Notes: a model not told the origin generated them from the sequence alone. 64,000 nt of DNA from Syntrophales bacterium (GCA_040767195.1 JAXGPA010000004.1:15504-79503); one strand, 5' to 3'; numbered from the stretch's first letter, positions 29,000 to 37,739 are shown. Made by a program: numbers and translations.

Positions 29000-30137
29000 T
29001 TCTTTCCTCCTCCAAGAGGGCCGCGCCGATTTTTTCCTTCTTTTTTTCCTGAACCGCGTGGGCGATCCCGATCGCGGGAACAAGGTCTTTCATGAGCCGG
29101 GACCATTCCTCCCCCGGGGCCAGTCTCCTGGCGGCCACGAATTCATCCAGGTCTTTCAGGAGCCTTCGGATGTTTCTCCGGGCGAAGAGGACCATGGACG
29201 TGACCTCCCCCCGGGCCTCGGGAACCTCCAGTTTCTTCGCCGCCTCCCGGGAAACGACCCGGATGCCCTCCAGGGAGGACCACGCCGAACCGAGGAAGGT
29301 CTTTACCTCCACCCCCGGACCGCCCCCGGGCCTTTTTCGCAGGGTGGACAGGAGAATCTGGAAGAGGCGGCCCGTGCCGCCCGAAACCAGGCCGGCGAGA
29401 AAGACGTCTTCCCAGGTTCGAAAAGGAATGGAGAGGGTTTCCCAGGCCCTGTTCTCCTCGCCGAAAAGAGCATCCCCTTCAAGACGGCAATTCTCGAGGC
29501 GGATCCCCTCGTGGGGGCACGGCCGAAGAAAGGACAGGAAAAAGGGCCCGGTCTTTCGGGCGCCCTTCGTCCCGTCGGGAACCAGGAAAGCGCTGAAGTT
29601 TTTCCGTCCGTTCTGTTCCCCCGTCACGGCGAAAACGAGAAAGAAAGAGGCGAGCGGACCATTGGTGAGGAAGTTCTTTTCCCCGTCCAGGATGTATGCG
29701 TCCCCGTTTTTCCGGGCCCGGGTCGTCATGTCCTTCGGCCTCGCCCCGGCGTCCGGCTCGGAGATGGCCAGGGAACCGGTGAGCGCCCCCCGGGCCATGC
29801 CGGGAAGATAGGCCGCCTTCTGATCGTCCCTTCCGAAGCGGGAAAGAAAGAAAAGGCCCATGACCTGGTGAATCAGCCAGGACAGGACGATTCCGGGATT
29901 GTGTCCGTGACGGACCAGGGTCTCCCCTGCCAGGTGGACCGTCAGGGGGTCCGCGCCCGCTCCGCCGACGTCCCGGGGATACCCCACCCCGAGGAGACCC
30001 TCGGAGGCCATCTCCCCCCAGAGATCGAGGGGAAAACGATCCATCCTCCCAAGATTCCTTCTCGACGCGATGCGGCTCTCGGCGAAGGCCGCCGCCCGTT
30101 CCAGGATCGTCTCACGAATTTCCAGATTCATGGCCAT
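28977..30137 (-). CDS. Acyl-CoA dehydrogenase family protein (divergent)
   Basis: LAISEPDAGARPKDMTTRARKNGDAYILDGEKNFLTNG matches the ACAD middle-domain pattern. It overlaps the MoxR start by 23 nt. Confidence 0.8.
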   Translation of the reverse strand: MAMNLEIRETILERAAAFAESRIASRRNLGRMDRFPLDLWGEMASEGLLGVGYPRDVGGAGADPLTVHLAGETLVRHGHNPGIVLSWLIHQVMGLFFLSRFGRDDQKAAYLPGMARGALTGSLAISEPDAGARPKDMTTRARKNGDAYILDGEKNFLTNGPLASFFLVFAVTGEQNGRKNFSAFLVPDGTKGARKTGPFFLSFLRPCPHEGIRLENCRLEGDALFGEENRAWETLSIPFRTWEDVFLAGLVSGGTGRLFQILLSTLRKRPGGGPGVEVKTFLGSAWSSLEGIRVVSREAAKKLEVPEARGEVTSMVLFARRNIRRLLKDLDEFVAARRLAPGEEWSRLMKDLVPAIGIAHAVQEKKKEKIGAALLEEERNDRFRFF

Positions 30138-30157
30138 TCACCGGGAACGCATCCCTT

Positions 30158-30586
30158 TCAATTGAATTTACGAAAGAACGCCTTGAGGATTTTCCGGAAA
30201 CACGCCACGTCTTCCTCGGAAAAATCCGATTTGATCGCCTCGTTCACGTCTCTCAAGACCCGCTTCGCCCTATCGGCCTCTTCGTGCCCCGACGCCGTGA
30301 TCTCGATGCGATAGGCCCTGCGGTCCGACGGGTGCGCTGCCCGGGCGGCGAACCCCATCTTTTCCAGCCGGTCGATCATGCCCGTGAGGGTGGAATTGTC
30401 CACCAGGAGCGCCTGGCTCAACTCGGACATGGTCTGCCCGTTGTTGCCCCGGAGAAGGAAAAGGAGAGCGGCCTGGGCGGCGGTGATGCGAAGCCCCTCG
30501 TCCCGAAACTTCTTCTTGAGGTAAGTCCTGAGGCGTTGCTGGGCCGTGAACACGAGATAAATGAGGCGGTCGTCCTGAACCGTCAT
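30158..30586 (-). CDS. MarR-family transcriptional regulator
   Basis: The winged HTH TAAQAALLFLLRGNNGQTMSELSQALLVDNSTLTGMIDRLEKMG is typical. Start at ATG 30586. Confidence 0.85.
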   Translation of the reverse strand: MTVQDDRLIYLVFTAQQRLRTYLKKKFRDEGLRITAAQAALLFLLRGNNGQTMSELSQALLVDNSTLTGMIDRLEKMGFAARAAHPSDRRAYRIEITASGHEEADRAKRVLRDVNEAIKSDFSEEDVACFRKILKAFFRKFN

Positions 30587-30611
30587 GGCCTTCAATCCTT
30601 TTTTACTTTTC

Positions 30612-30643
30612 CAAATATTGGCATATAAAATATTTGCTGTCAA
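30612..30643 (-). promoter_or_regulatory. Candidate marR promoter with an overlapping inverted-repeat operator
   Basis: Minus strand reads TTGACA (30643-30638), a 17-nt spacer, then CAATAT (30620-30615). The inverted repeat is CAAATATT (30612-19) and AATATTTG (30629-36). Confidence 0.45.
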
Positions 30644-30713
30644 GACATTTTCCCATGCCATTCACGCTGACAGGAACAAAGACGTAAGCCGCCGGGAAAT
30701 GGTCTTCTTCCGA

Positions 30714-31574
30714 TTACCAGTGGGGCTGGTTTCCGATGCGGTGTCCCATGACCTCCAGGGTCTCCGAGACGACAACGAAGGCCTCCGGGTCGAGGCGCCG
30801 GATGATCCGCTTCAGGCGGGAAAGCTCCTGAAAGGTGATGACCGTGTACAGGAGGGCGCCCTTCTGGCCGGTGAACCCGCCCCGGCCTTCGATGATGGTC
30901 ACACCCCGGTTCAGGTCCTCGAGGATTTTCCGGTTGATCTCCTCCCAGGCCCGGGAAACGATCCAGACGGCTTTTCTCTGGCTCAAGCCCGTGACCACGA
31001 CGTTCAGGACCTTTGACGAAACATACAGGAATATGAGCGTGTACAGGGCTCCCTGAAGGGAAAAGAGGAGGGCCGCCAGGGCGAGAACGGCGGTGTTGAA
31101 AACGAGAACCGTCGTTCCCAGGCGGACGGAATAGTGCTTCAGGAGGATGACCGCCAGGATGTCCGTACCGCCCCCTGATCCGGCGGACTTGAGCGTGATG
31201 CCCGTGCCGATTCCCATGATGATCCCCGCGAGAAGGGCGCCGAGAATCCGGTCCTCCACGGGGATCGTGACATGGATCCACTGGAGGGCCGCTGAAAAAA
31301 GAATCATTCCCGCCAGGCTGTAAAGGAAAAACCGCCTGCCGACAAACCGCCACCCGACGAGAAAAAGGGGCACATTGAGACACAGATAGATGCCGCCCAG
31401 GGGCAGCGAGGGAAAAAGATGCTTCACCACGAGGGTCAGCCCGGTGACGCCCCCGCTCACAAATTCCATGGGAACGAGGATGCCGTTCACGGCGGCGCCG
31501 CAAAAAACGGCGCCCACGGACAGAAGAACGACGTTCCAGAAAACCTCGCCGGCAATTTTTAATCTTTTACGCAT
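30714..31574 (-). CDS. YitT-family membrane protein (DUF2179 C-terminal domain)
   Basis: Multi-TM N-terminus plus C-terminal TIIEGRGGFTGQKGALLYTVIT. Start at ATG 31574 with a GGAGAG SD. Confidence 0.85.
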   Translation of the reverse strand: MRKRLKIAGEVFWNVVLLSVGAVFCGAAVNGILVPMEFVSGGVTGLTLVVKHLFPSLPLGGIYLCLNVPLFLVGWRFVGRRFFLYSLAGMILFSAALQWIHVTIPVEDRILGALLAGIIMGIGTGITLKSAGSGGGTDILAVILLKHYSVRLGTTVLVFNTAVLALAALLFSLQGALYTLIFLYVSSKVLNVVVTGLSQRKAVWIVSRAWEEINRKILEDLNRGVTIIEGRGGFTGQKGALLYTVITFQELSRLKRIIRRLDPEAFVVVSETLEVMGHRIGNQPHW

Positions 31575-31969
31575 GGGATATGACTCTCCCCGTTCGACAA
31601 TCGGAAAACCCTTCTTACCGGGATCATCGGAAAAAAGCAACGCCGCCCCGCTTCGGACCGCCTCCCGGGGAAGATCGGGTTCCGTCGGCTCTCCATGGGC
31701 TCTATTGACAGATCTCCGACAAAATGAGATAAAAAAACAAGAAAAAAGAGGTAATTTTCCCATGTTTCTCGTCGGGTTCGATCCGATCAACTATTATTTC
31801 CCATGACTGTTCCCTGGAATCCAGCCCGCCGGAGACGCTGAATCCCCGTTTATCCCATCCCTGCAGCAAAAGGGCGCCGGGCGAGGTGAAAACCGCCATT
31901 TCAGGGACTGATTGTCAAGCCGGTCGGTTCCGATGAGCCGCCCACCGGATCCAAGAAAGGACACAGGTC

Positions 31970-33235
31970 ATGGAAAACGAAAAAACGAGCGAAACAGAAT
32001 CAACGCCATTCTGCGTGGACGTTCGAGGCCTCTGGAAAATCTTCGGCGACCGTTCCAGGGAAATCCTCGAATCGGATCTCCGGAAAGAAAGCCGGGCATC
32101 CATCCTTGAAAAGACCGGGTCGGTGGTGGCGGTCCGGGACGTGTCCTTCCAGGTCCGAAAGGGGGAGTTTTTCGTCATCATGGGCCTGTCCGGAAGCGGA
32201 AAGTCCACCCTGATCCGGCTTCTCATGAGGCTCATCGAACCGACGACGGGAGAGGTCGACTTCAACGGGGAAAACATTCTCGCCTACGACGAGCAACAAC
32301 TCAATCATTTCCGACGCTACACCACGGGCATGGTTTTCCAGCACTTCGGCCTCTTTCCGCACCGGACGGTCATCGACAACGTAGCCTACGGGCTGAAGGT
32401 CCGGGGTGTCGGGGGAGAGGAGCGGCAGGCAAAGGCCATGGAGGCCATCGAAACGGTGGGACTGAAAGGGTGGGAAAATTACCTCCCCGGGGCGTTGAGC
32501 GGGGGGATGCAGCAGCGGGTCGGCATCGCCCGGGCCCTGGCCACCGAACCGGAAATCCTCTTCATGGATGAACCCTTCAGTGGCCTCGACCCCCTCATAC
32601 GAAGGGAGATGCAGGACGAACTGATCGAGCTTCAGTCCCGGCTGCAGAAAACCATCCTCTTCGTCACCCACGATCTTCACGAGGCCCTGAAGCTCGGGGA
32701 CCGCATCGTGATCCTGAAAGACGGGGAAATCGTCCAGGTCGGCCCCCCCGAGGAAGTGGTCATTTCCCCGGCCAACGACTATGTCCGCGAATTCGTCTAC
32801 GACGCCTCCATCCAGAGGGTCCTCACCGCGGGCAGAATCATGGAGGACCCGGACGCCCTGATCTACGACTGGCAGGGCCCCAAGGCCGCCCTCCACATTC
32901 TCAGGACATCCAAGGAGGACCACGCCTTCGTGGTGGACCGGAAGAAGAAGCTCGTCGGTCTCATCACCATGGAAAGAATGAAAAAACTTATCGAAAACCG
33001 CGGGGTCGCCCTGAGCGAGGTGATGGACCACGCACCGGTCACGACAAGCCCGGAAACGATTCTCGAGGATCTTTTCCCCCTCGCCGCAGGGGCGGAATAC
33101 CCCATTGCCGTGGTGGACGAGAACAACCGGTTTCTCGGCGAGATCCAGATCAGCTCGATCTTCGAAAACCTGATCCAGAGCGGCGGCGCAAAAGAGGAAG
33201 ACAAAGAGGAAAAAGAGGAGGAAACCCATGACTGA
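31970..33235 (+). CDS. proV: Glycine betaine/proline ABC transporter ATP-binding protein with a C-terminal CBS pair
   Basis: Walker [10 protein letters not shown], signature LSGGMQQRV, and a CBS-like tail. Confidence 0.9.
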   Translation: MENEKTSETESTPFCVDVRGLWKIFGDRSREILESDLRKESRASILEKTGSVVAVRDVSFQVRKGEFFVIMGLSGSGKSTLIRLLMRLIEPTTGEVDFNGENILAYDEQQLNHFRRYTTGMVFQHFGLFPHRTVIDNVAYGLKVRGVGGEERQAKAMEAIETVGLKGWENYLPGALSGGMQQRVGIARALATEPEILFMDEPFSGLDPLIRREMQDELIELQSRLQKTILFVTHDLHEALKLGDRIVILKDGEIVQVGPPEEVVISPANDYVREFVYDASIQRVLTAGRIMEDPDALIYDWQGPKAALHILRTSKEDHAFVVDRKKKLVGLITMERMKKLIENRGVALSEVMDHAPVTTSPETILEDLFPLAAGAEYPIAVVDENNRFLGEIQISSIFENLIQSGGAKEEDKEEKEEETHD

Positions 33236-34082
33236 TTTTCCCCGCCATCTCAGAATCCCGCTCGCCGACTGGGTCGACACGTTCATGTCCTGGCTTCTCG
33301 ACAATTTCGCGGGCTTTTTCGACGCCCTGGGAGAACTCCTTCTCACCATTCTCGTCACCATCGAAAAGTTTTTCCTGTGGGTTCCCTGGTGGGCCATGAT
33401 CGCCGTTGCCGGCCTCGCCGGGTGGAAGGTCCTGGGACGGTGGTGGGCGGGAGCGGTCCTCGCGGGCCTCCTCTTTCTCATAGGGACCTTCGGGTACTGG
33501 AAGCTCGCCATGATGACCCTCGCCCTGACCACCTCGGCGGTGATCATTTCCATTATCATCGGCATCCCCATGGGGATCCTCATGGCCCGAAGCGACCTTT
33601 TCGAGGCGGTCAACCGGCCGCTCCTCGATGCCATGCAGACCATGCCCAGTTTCGTGTATCTCATCCCCGCCCTCATGTTCTTCGGCCTCGGCAAGGTGCC
33701 CGCCCTGATCGCCACGCTGATCTACGCCGTCCCGCCGGTGATCCGGCTCACCAACGTGGGAATCCGCCAGGTGCCGAAGGAAACCCTCGAGGCGGCAAAG
33801 GCCTTCGGGGCCAACCCGCGGCAGATCCTCTTCGATGTCCAGCTTCCCCTGGCCATTCCGTCCATCATGGTGGGAATCAACCAGACCACCATGATGGCCC
33901 TCGCCATGGTCGTCATCGCCTCCATGATCGGGGCCCGGGGGCTGGGGCTCGAGGTTCTGCTCGCCATCAACCGCATCGAGGTCGGTCGGGGGTTCGAAGC
34001 GGGTTTGTGCATCGTCATCCTGGCCATCGTCATCGACCGGATCACCCACGGCCTCGCCGTGGCAAGGCAAAAGCGCCTGTGA
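33228..34082 (+). CDS. proW: Glycine betaine/proline ABC transporter permease
   Basis: The sequence matches the ProW/OpuAB-type permease pattern. The gene overlaps the end of proV. Confidence 0.9.
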   Translation: MTDFPRHLRIPLADWVDTFMSWLLDNFAGFFDALGELLLTILVTIEKFFLWVPWWAMIAVAGLAGWKVLGRWWAGAVLAGLLFLIGTFGYWKLAMMTLALTTSAVIISIIIGIPMGILMARSDLFEAVNRPLLDAMQTMPSFVYLIPALMFFGLGKVPALIATLIYAVPPVIRLTNVGIRQVPKETLEAAKAFGANPRQILFDVQLPLAIPSIMVGINQTTMMALAMVVIASMIGARGLGLEVLLAINRIEVGRGFEAGLCIVILAIVIDRITHGLAVARQKRL

Positions 34083-34202
34083 CGGACAGGGAGGGCGAAA
34101 AGGACGCCGTCCCTGTTCGACATTCCGAAAGCCCCTGGCGGCGGAAAACCCGCCACGGGGCGTACACCGGTTCGGTTCCGTTCCCGGGAAATTTCGCGCC
34201 CC

Positions 34203-36149
34203 ATGCCGAACCGCGGGAAAGGCAAGCGTGACGCCATGAAGAAGGGGACAGTCAGGAAAGAGGCGACACCGCCCGCCCGGGGTGTTGCCGACGAAATCCG
34301 GAAAATCTCCGGGGGAGAGGCCGTTATCTTTCCCCTCATCCTGGAAGGTCTTTCCATTCCCACTTTCGTCATCGGCCAGGACCACCGCGTCCTCTACTGG
34401 AACAGGGCTCTCCAGGAGCTCAGCGGCATCCGGGCCGAAAGGATCATCGGAACGAAGGAGCACTGGCGGGCGTTCTACAGCAGGGAAAGGCCCTGCATGG
34501 CCGACCTCATCGCCGACGGGCTGCAGGACGAAATTCCCCAGTGGTACGCCGGCAAATACCGGAAATCGAAACTTCTCAAGGAAGCCTACGAGGCCACGGA
34601 CTTCTTTCCCGACCTCGGGAAAGAAGGAAAGTGGCTTCGCTTCACCGCTTCCGCCCTCCGGGACCCCGGCGGGAACCTGATCGGCGCACTGGAAACCCTG
34701 GAGGACGTCACGGAAGGGAAACAGGCGGAAACGGCCCTCCGGGAAAGCGAGAAACGGCTGAAACGGATCCTCGAGGGGTCCCCCATCCCGGCCTTTCTCA
34801 TCGACAGGGACCATCGGATCCTGCACTGGAACCGGGCCCTGGAAGAATTGAGCGGTATCAAGGCGGAGGTCATCGTCGGAACGGACAAGCACTGGAAGGC
34901 TTTTTACCGGAAGAAAAGGCCGTGCATGGCCGATCTCCTGGCGGACGGGAAGACGGACGCGTTCCCCCGTTGGTATGACGGGAAAATCCAGAAATCGAAG
35001 CTTCTCGACGAAGCCTACGAGGCGACGGCCTTTTTCCCCGATCTCGGGGAGAGCGGAAAATGGCTCCGCATCACCGCTGCCGTGCTCCGGGACTCCCAGG
35101 GCCGTTTTTTCGCCTCCATCGAAACGCTTCAGGACATCACGGAAACCATCCTCGCCGAGGAAGCCCTCAAGGAAAGCGAGCAGCGCTTCAAGTCCGTTCT
35201 CGAGGGATCCCCCATACCGACTTTCGTCATCAACCGGGACCACGAGATCGTGTGCTGGAACCGGGCCCTGGAGGAGCTCAGCGAAATCAGCCGGGATAAA
35301 ATCGTGGGGACGAAACAGCACTGGAAGGCCTTCTATGACAAGGCCCGCCCCTGCATGGCCGACCTCCTCGTGGACAGTCTCCTCGACGAGATCCCCCGGT
35401 GGTACGTGGGCAAGTATCACAAGTCCAAGCTCATCGAGGAGGCTTACGAGGCCACCGACTTCTTCCCCGCCCTGGGTGACGGCGGGAAATGGCTCCGGTT
35501 CACCGCGGCGGCCCTCAGGGATTCACGGGGGGTCCTTTTCGGGGCCATGGAAACGCTCGAAGACATCACGGCGCGGAAAATCGCCGAAGAAGCCCTCCGG
35601 GAGAGCGAAAAGAGATACATGGAGCTGAGCATCACCGACGGTCTCACGAAACTCTTCAACTCGAGGCACTTTTACGACCAGCTCAAATCGGAGATCAACC
35701 GGGCCAAGCGATACGGACACCCGCTCTCCCTTCTCCTTCTCGACATCGATGATTTCAAGAACTACAACGACACTTACGGCCACGTGGAAGGGGACAAGGT
35801 GCTCGTCCGTCTCGGCCAGGTCATTCGAAGATGCCTGCGGAAGACCGACTCGGCTTACCGGTACGGGGGCGAGGAGTTCACGGTCATCCTTCCCGAAACG
35901 ACGGGCGACGCCGCCGTGGCCCTGGCGGAAAGAATCCGGCGGGAGTTTTCAAACGAGACCTTCTCGACCTGGTCCATCACGCCCGTTCGAAAAACGGTGA
36001 GCGTCGGCGTGGCCGAGTATTTTCCGAAAGAAGAACTTTCTTTTTTCCTGAAGCGGACCGACGAAAGCATGTACACGGCAAAGAAGGAGGGGAAAAACAG
36101 GGTCTTCTACGGCAGGCGGGAAGACCCCACGAGCGAGAGCGCCGATTGA
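34203..36149 (+). CDS. Diguanylate cyclase with three tandem PAS modules (GGEEF active site, RxxD I-site)
   Basis: Three repeats of about 143 aa, then ITDGLTKLFNSRHF ... RKTDSAYRYGGEEF. Confidence 0.9.
   Translation: MPNRGKGKRDAMKKGTVRKEATPPARGVADEIRKISGGEAVIFPLILEGLSIPTFVIGQDHRVLYWNRALQELSGIRAERIIGTKEHWRAFYSRERPCMADLIADGLQDEIPQWYAGKYRKSKLLKEAYEATDFFPDLGKEGKWLRFTASALRDPGGNLIGALETLEDVTEGKQAETALRESEKRLKRILEGSPIPAFLIDRDHRILHWNRALEELSGIKAEVIVGTDKHWKAFYRKKRPCMADLLADGKTDAFPRWYDGKIQKSKLLDEAYEATAFFPDLGESGKWLRITAAVLRDSQGRFFASIETLQDITETILAEEALKESEQRFKSVLEGSPIPTFVINRDHEIVCWNRALEELSEISRDKIVGTKQHWKAFYDKARPCMADLLVDSLLDEIPRWYVGKYHKSKLIEEAYEATDFFPALGDGGKWLRFTAAALRDSRGVLFGAMETLEDITARKIAEEALRESEKRYMELSITDGLTKLFNSRHFYDQLKSEINRAKRYGHPLSLLLLDIDDFKNYNDTYGHVEGDKVLVRLGQVIRRCLRKTDSAYRYGGEEFTVILPETTGDAAVALAERIRREFSNETFSTWSITPVRKTVSVGVAEYFPKEELSFFLKRTDESMYTAKKEGKNRVFYGRREDPTSESAD
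34356..35642 (+). repeat. Intragenic tandem repeat, 3 x ~429 bp, encoding the PAS modules
   Basis: The IPTFVIGQDHRVLYWN, IPAFLIDRDHRILHWN and IPTFVINRDHEIVCWN units begin at aa 52, 195 and 338. Boundaries are approximate. Confidence 0.7.
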
Positions 36150-36160
36150 AAGACGGGGTT

Positions 36161-36496
36161 TCAACGGTCCCGGTCTTCCTCTCTTTCTCTCTCCAGTTCC
36201 TCCCTGATCTTGACGGCCAGGTCTTCCAGGATGGCGTCGAACTGTTTTCTCGCGGAAATCATGTCCCGCCTCATTCGGAGGATGATGTCGACGCCCGGCA
36301 GGTTCACCCCCAGTTCCTCCACGAGGATTTTCGCGATCCGGAGTTTCTCGAGCTCGCTGAAAGCATAAACCCGCCTTCCCGGCCTCTCCTCCCTGAGGCA
36401 GCAGACGATCTCCTCCTCTTCAAGGTCGAGGAGGAACGTTTCGTCCAGGTCGAAGATCCGGAGAACCTCTTCCCTTGTCCAGCGTTCCTTCATCAT
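36161..36496 (-). CDS. MerR-like chaperone modulator (CbpM/HspR-like)
   Basis: 111 aa. GVNLPGVDIILRMRRDM and the charged tail resemble CbpM. It lies downstream of dnaJ. Confidence 0.7.
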   Translation of the reverse strand: MMKERWTREEVLRIFDLDETFLLDLEEEEIVCCLREERPGRRVYAFSELEKLRIAKILVEELGVNLPGVDIILRMRRDMISARKQFDAILEDLAVKIREELEREREEDRDR

Positions 36497-36538
36497 CGTT
36501 CGATAAACCCTTAAAAACTCGAAAAATCTTCTGTTACC

Positions 36539-36595
36539 GACGGCTTTGTAAAAAGATCCAGAGGCAAGGCGCCCAGATTCCGGGGAATGAGAAGG
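36539..36595. repeat. Solo half-copy of the 18457-18581 palindromic element
   Basis: About 77% identity by hand alignment to the reverse complement of 18526-18581. The shared core is GAGGCAAGGCGCC. It abuts the dnaJ stop codon. Confidence 0.45.
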
Positions 36596-36596
36596 T

Positions 36597-37739
36597 TCAG
36601 AGCCTGATGTCCTTTCTCACGTCATCCCCGTAGAACGTCTCGAGCTTCCGGGCGGCCTCCACAGCTTCCCGGTCTTTCGATGGGGGGAGCACGACGGCCA
36701 GCCTGACCATGAAATCCCCCCGTTTCTTCGTTTTCATGTTCACCGCCCCTTTCCCTTTCAGCCTGAGGACCTGGCCGTTCTGGCTTCCCGGCGGAACCTT
36801 CACGTTCACCGACCCTTCCACCGTGGGGACGCGGACCTGCCCGCCCTCCAGGGCCTCGAGCACCGTCACGGGCACGTCCAGGTACAGGTCATCCCCTTTC
36901 CGCGTGAGAAAACGATGGGGTTCGACCCGTATCCGGAGATACAGGTCCCCGGCGCCGGCGCCGGCCGCTCCCGGTTCTCCCTTGCCGGCAACCCGTATTC
37001 TCGCGCCGTCATGGACGCCGGGCGGAATCTTGACGCGGATCCGCTCCCGGCCTGGAACCTGCCCGGCTCCGCGGCACGCCCCGCAGGGCGTCCCGACCCG
37101 GCCGTGGCCGCCGCACTGGGGACAGACCTGGGTGAACGGAACGGGGCCGTCAGCGACGTTCAGCCTCCCTGACCCCCCGCAGGTGGGACAGGGATTGAGC
37201 TTCGTCCCCGGTTCCGTCCCCGACCCCCCGCACCGGGAGCAGGGAACCTGTTTTTCCATGACCAGTTCCGTCTCCAGTCCCCGCAGGGCGGACAGAAAAT
37301 CGACGGTCATCTCATGCTCCAGGTCACGGCCCCGGACGGCGCGGGATCCCCGGGGAGATCTCCCGGCGCCCCCGCTAAATCCGAAAAGATCGCCGAAAAG
37401 ATCTTCGTAGTTTTCATAACGGCCGCCGAAAGACTCCTCCGCCGCGCCCCCCCTCTCCCGCCGCCAGGATGACTGCCAGTCCCGGTACTGTCTCGCCTTT
37501 TCAGGGTCGAACCCGGACTGGAGGCCTTCCTCCCCGAATTCGTCGTAGAGTTTTCTCTTTTCCTCCGACCCCAGGGCTTCATACGCCCGGGAAATTTCCT
37601 TGAACCGCTGTTCCGCCTCCCTGTTGCCGGGGTTCACGTCGGGGTGCCACTTCCGGGCGAGCTTCCGGTACGCCTTCTTGACGGCCTCCTGGGGAGCGTC
37701 CCGGGAAATGCCGAGGGTTTCGTAATAGTCTTTCGCCAT
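36597..37739 (-). CDS. dnaJ: DnaJ-class molecular chaperone (J domain, G-rich linker, 4x CxxCxGxG zinc finger)
   Basis: MAKDYYETLGISRDA..WHPDVNP and four CxxCxGxG motifs. Start at ATG 37739. Confidence 0.9.
   Translation of the reverse strand: MAKDYYETLGISRDAPQEAVKKAYRKLARKWHPDVNPGNREAEQRFKEISRAYEALGSEEKRKLYDEFGEEGLQSGFDPEKARQYRDWQSSWRRERGGAAEESFGGRYENYEDLFGDLFGFSGGAGRSPRGSRAVRGRDLEHEMTVDFLSALRGLETELVMEKQVPCSRCGGSGTEPGTKLNPCPTCGGSGRLNVADGPVPFTQVCPQCGGHGRVGTPCGACRGAGQVPGRERIRVKIPPGVHDGARIRVAGKGEPGAAGAGAGDLYLRIRVEPHRFLTRKGDDLYLDVPVTVLEALEGGQVRVPTVEGSVNVKVPPGSQNGQVLRLKGKGAVNMKTKKRGDFMVRLAVVLPPSKDREAVEAARKLETFYGDDVRKDIRL

Noticed and set aside
31835-31950. Resemblance to a c-di-AMP (ydaO-type) riboswitch upstream of proV (CGCUGAAUCC … GGUGAAAACC).
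   Set aside because: Only two short words match my recollection of the consensus. The ACGGGGA/CCCA elements, the CAGCUAAC segment and a closing P1 helix are missing. It needs cmscan (RF00379) before any claim.
34356-35642. Regularly spaced repeats that might be mistaken for a CRISPR array or satellite.
   Set aside because: The repeat unit is 429 bp, lies in frame inside one long ORF, and encodes PAS domains. There are no short direct repeats with unique spacers and no cas genes.
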